The notes under the pieces: model-generated
Databases searched by the model: none
Told to the model about the DNA's origin: nothing
Seen by the model: the letters and a program-made list of their open reading frames with translations, nothing else
In this document: piece after piece, positions 61,165-64,000 of the stretch
Layout of the letters: every line of letters begins with the position of its first letter
Numbering within the stretch: position 1 is the stretch's first letter
Translations under genes and position numbers: made by a program
Assembly: GCF_009914755.1 (NCBI RefSeq)
Contig: NC_060942.1
Reading direction: 5' to 3' (one strand)
Source of the DNA: the human T2T-CHM13v2.0 reference genome, Homo sapiens
Length of the DNA stretch: 64,000 nt

Positions 61165-62190
61165 CTGCAAAGCCGTGATTACCATACAGTGCTAGTAATA
61201 ATGATAATAAAAACAAAGGCTCCAAAATTATTACATGTAAACCTATATTCACAGGTAGATAATGCCAAGCCTGAGCCCAAAGGGCAGAGGGATGCTAGGG
61301 GCTCACAGAGGAAGACCTTCTTTTGATTTTACACACAAAAACCTTGTTTTATTTTGCATATAGATTCCCCTTCCAACATTTTCTGAAGTGGTCTCAAAAG
61401 CTTATTTAGGATATTGGTTTTCCTGGATCCTGTCCAAGCTTTTCCTTCTGCATTTAAGCCTTATGTCAGCAGAGGATTTAGACTAAGTAGAGAGAAGACT
61501 TTCTTCTCCTTGGCTTTTTAGAGGAGGTGCTCTGGAATTTGGAAGATGCTACACAGTGAAGTCTGGGATATACATTTTTGGTACCCAGTAAACTCATGTT
61601 CAGAGAATAAGGCCTTAGTAGAGCCATATATGTGAGATATTTGGAATCATCCAAACCTGTAGCAAAGGTTAGATCCTGGTTTTTGTTTCTCAGATGTCTG
61701 CTTTATATCTCAAAACAACAAGCAAAATTTCTTGGCTCTGTGAATATGCAATTCTGTTCTTAGATTAGAGAGAAGCTTTACTCATGTGGTTTGGAAGGCT
61801 TCCTCTCCTAGTTGTTTTCAGTGTGTGAGAAGCACTACATTTTGAAGGTCAGAGAAGTCATGACACATTATAGGTAAGCTCATCAGCTTCTTACTTCACA
61901 GTGAGTTCTGAAAGGCATGATGCATGCAGTCCAGTAAGTGATGGTCATGATGTTCTGGTTCAGAACATTTGGGTTTCCCTACAGGTGTAATCGGTATGAA
62001 GTGAGTCATTAGTCATTGCATTTTCTGGAAAAGTCGGTAGAGAAAAGTTTAAGTGAAATGTAATACAGTGTTATAATTCACTTTTGTCACTCACAGGAGA
62101 GGATGATGTTTTGCATCAGGCTTGTTTACTGAAAAAGCTTATTATAGCCTGGTTCTTATGCTAAGTACTGGCTAAAAAAGAATAGAATGT

Positions 62191-62488
<298 letters not shown>

Positions 62489-64000
62489 TGCACAACTTTT
62501 CCAATCTTGATTTAGATTATTTATACTAGGAATGTGTGAGGATGCCTTGAACAAACATGTCCTTTTATATGGTTAAGAAAATCAAATGTTGTAGGATATA
62601 GAGATAGTGGTAGTAAAAGGTAATGGTGTAGAGATATGTACCTAAGGAAAGAGAATGTCATGGAGAAACCCTGGGTACTATGGGTGACTGAGCCAAAAAG
62701 AAAGTAGTGGAAATCTTATCTAAGTGACCAGAAGCCGCACTTCACTGGGCTGCTTAAAGGCAAAAATACTTTTAGCTCACCACTGATTTGCAATATGGGG
62801 ATGGAGGGGAGCAGTGTTTAAAAGATGCTGAAGATTCCCATGCAAGAGAGGGAAAGCCAATTTCCCAAGTGGTGATGGTCCAAAGGCAGGAACCTGGCAC
62901 AGACACAACAGTACAAACACTATAGTATTTGCTAATGTTGTGAAGCCATCTGCAATTCAAACTCCCAGTATATATACTAGACATATTCCTCCTGTTTGAA
63001 TACAAAAACCCACTTCCTCAAAGGCTAGAGTTCTTTAAATTGAATGTTAATTCAAGGTTCAAGGATTGACCCTTCAACAAAGGCAGATGTGTTAGCCACC
63101 AGGAAAAACAATTCGGGGAAGGGTTAGTTTGACTTTTAGCTATTATTTATCATTTCTTACCCAAACTTGTTTTCACATCTGAAGGACCAACAGGATAAAA
63201 GTTGATACATTAGGGACTTGAAGTTCAGAGTATTATTAAATCATTTCCAACAAATATATATAAACAGCGTCTTCCGGGCAGGTCAGGGCTTAGCTCAAGT
63301 CACTTTCAGTTGCTGTGCCTCAGGGAGGATGCTGGTTAGACCTCCCACTGAAAGATTTCCATTGTTCTTCTAACTTTTCTAGCCAAACATGATTCCAGTT
63401 AATGTAACAATCTCATAGCCTGGAAAGAAACTGCCAGCCTGGGAAATCTACTTTTCTGGCCTGGGAAGTATTCTGGTGAGCACTGAGGGAAGGGAGTAGG
63501 GGTGTTGGAAAGAAGACTTGAAATTCCTTTGTGTTATCTGTAAATAGAACGTTCTAACTCTTTGGTCTCTTCTTCCTCCTCTCCCCCAACCCCCTCTTTC
63601 ATCATTTTCAATTATATATAGGAGGTTGGAAAGTTTCTCTTGAGCTCTTAACCCCAGTCACCTAAATACCCTTTGTGAGGGAAACTGGGTAAGAACAATA
63701 AAAGTGGAAGGCTCTCCTACCCTGGTCTTGCTCTTCCCCAATTCTCCTCTAGCTCCTCCTCCCTTTATCTCTCTCTCTTCTCATAAAAGTGCTTTAGTTG
63801 AGGCTTCCTAGGATTCACCCTCCAGCTCCTATCTGCACTTGAAGCCAGGCTGGGGTCTGCACTTGCAATTAGTATGTCTGTTGGACTGGGCCACGGTATC
63901 CCACCTGGCCACTGCCGCATGCCTCCTCAGTGCATGCCGGGGCTCCTGGTCTCTCTAGCCTGGGGCTTTGGGCTGACAAGTCCCCTCTTCCTTGCAGCTC

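Overview
Primate (catarrhine, probably human) non-coding, repeat-rich DNA; the chromosomal locus cannot be identified from the sequence alone. No intact protein-coding gene is supported: nearly all listed ORFs are Alu/LTR/L1 shadows. Recognisable content: about 50 Alu/FLAM copies, L1/L2/MIR fragments, DNA-transposon relics (extended MADE1, Tigger3a, MER91A, MER5A, MER20B, MER3), MaLR LTRs (2x THE1C, MLT1), an LTR2 (HERV-E) solo LTR, a decayed ERV-L provirus (MLT2D LTRs; gag, pro, RT, RNaseH, IN, dUTPase) carrying nested MLT2B/MLT2A2/Tigger3a/Alu, a second ERV-L dUTPase relic with LTR33, a poly(A)-tailed MER41 ERV copy that looks L1-mobilised, a 5'-truncated PSMD8 processed pseudogene with a 16-bp TSD, and two CpG-enriched CTCF-like sites. 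The most unusual signal is a series of local templated duplication/inversion scars (microhomology, snap-back inverted patches) and a MADE1 element extended into a ~156-nt hairpin. Repeat subfamily names come from recalled consensus sequences and need RepeatMasker/Dfam confirmation; boundaries without a TSD are approximate.
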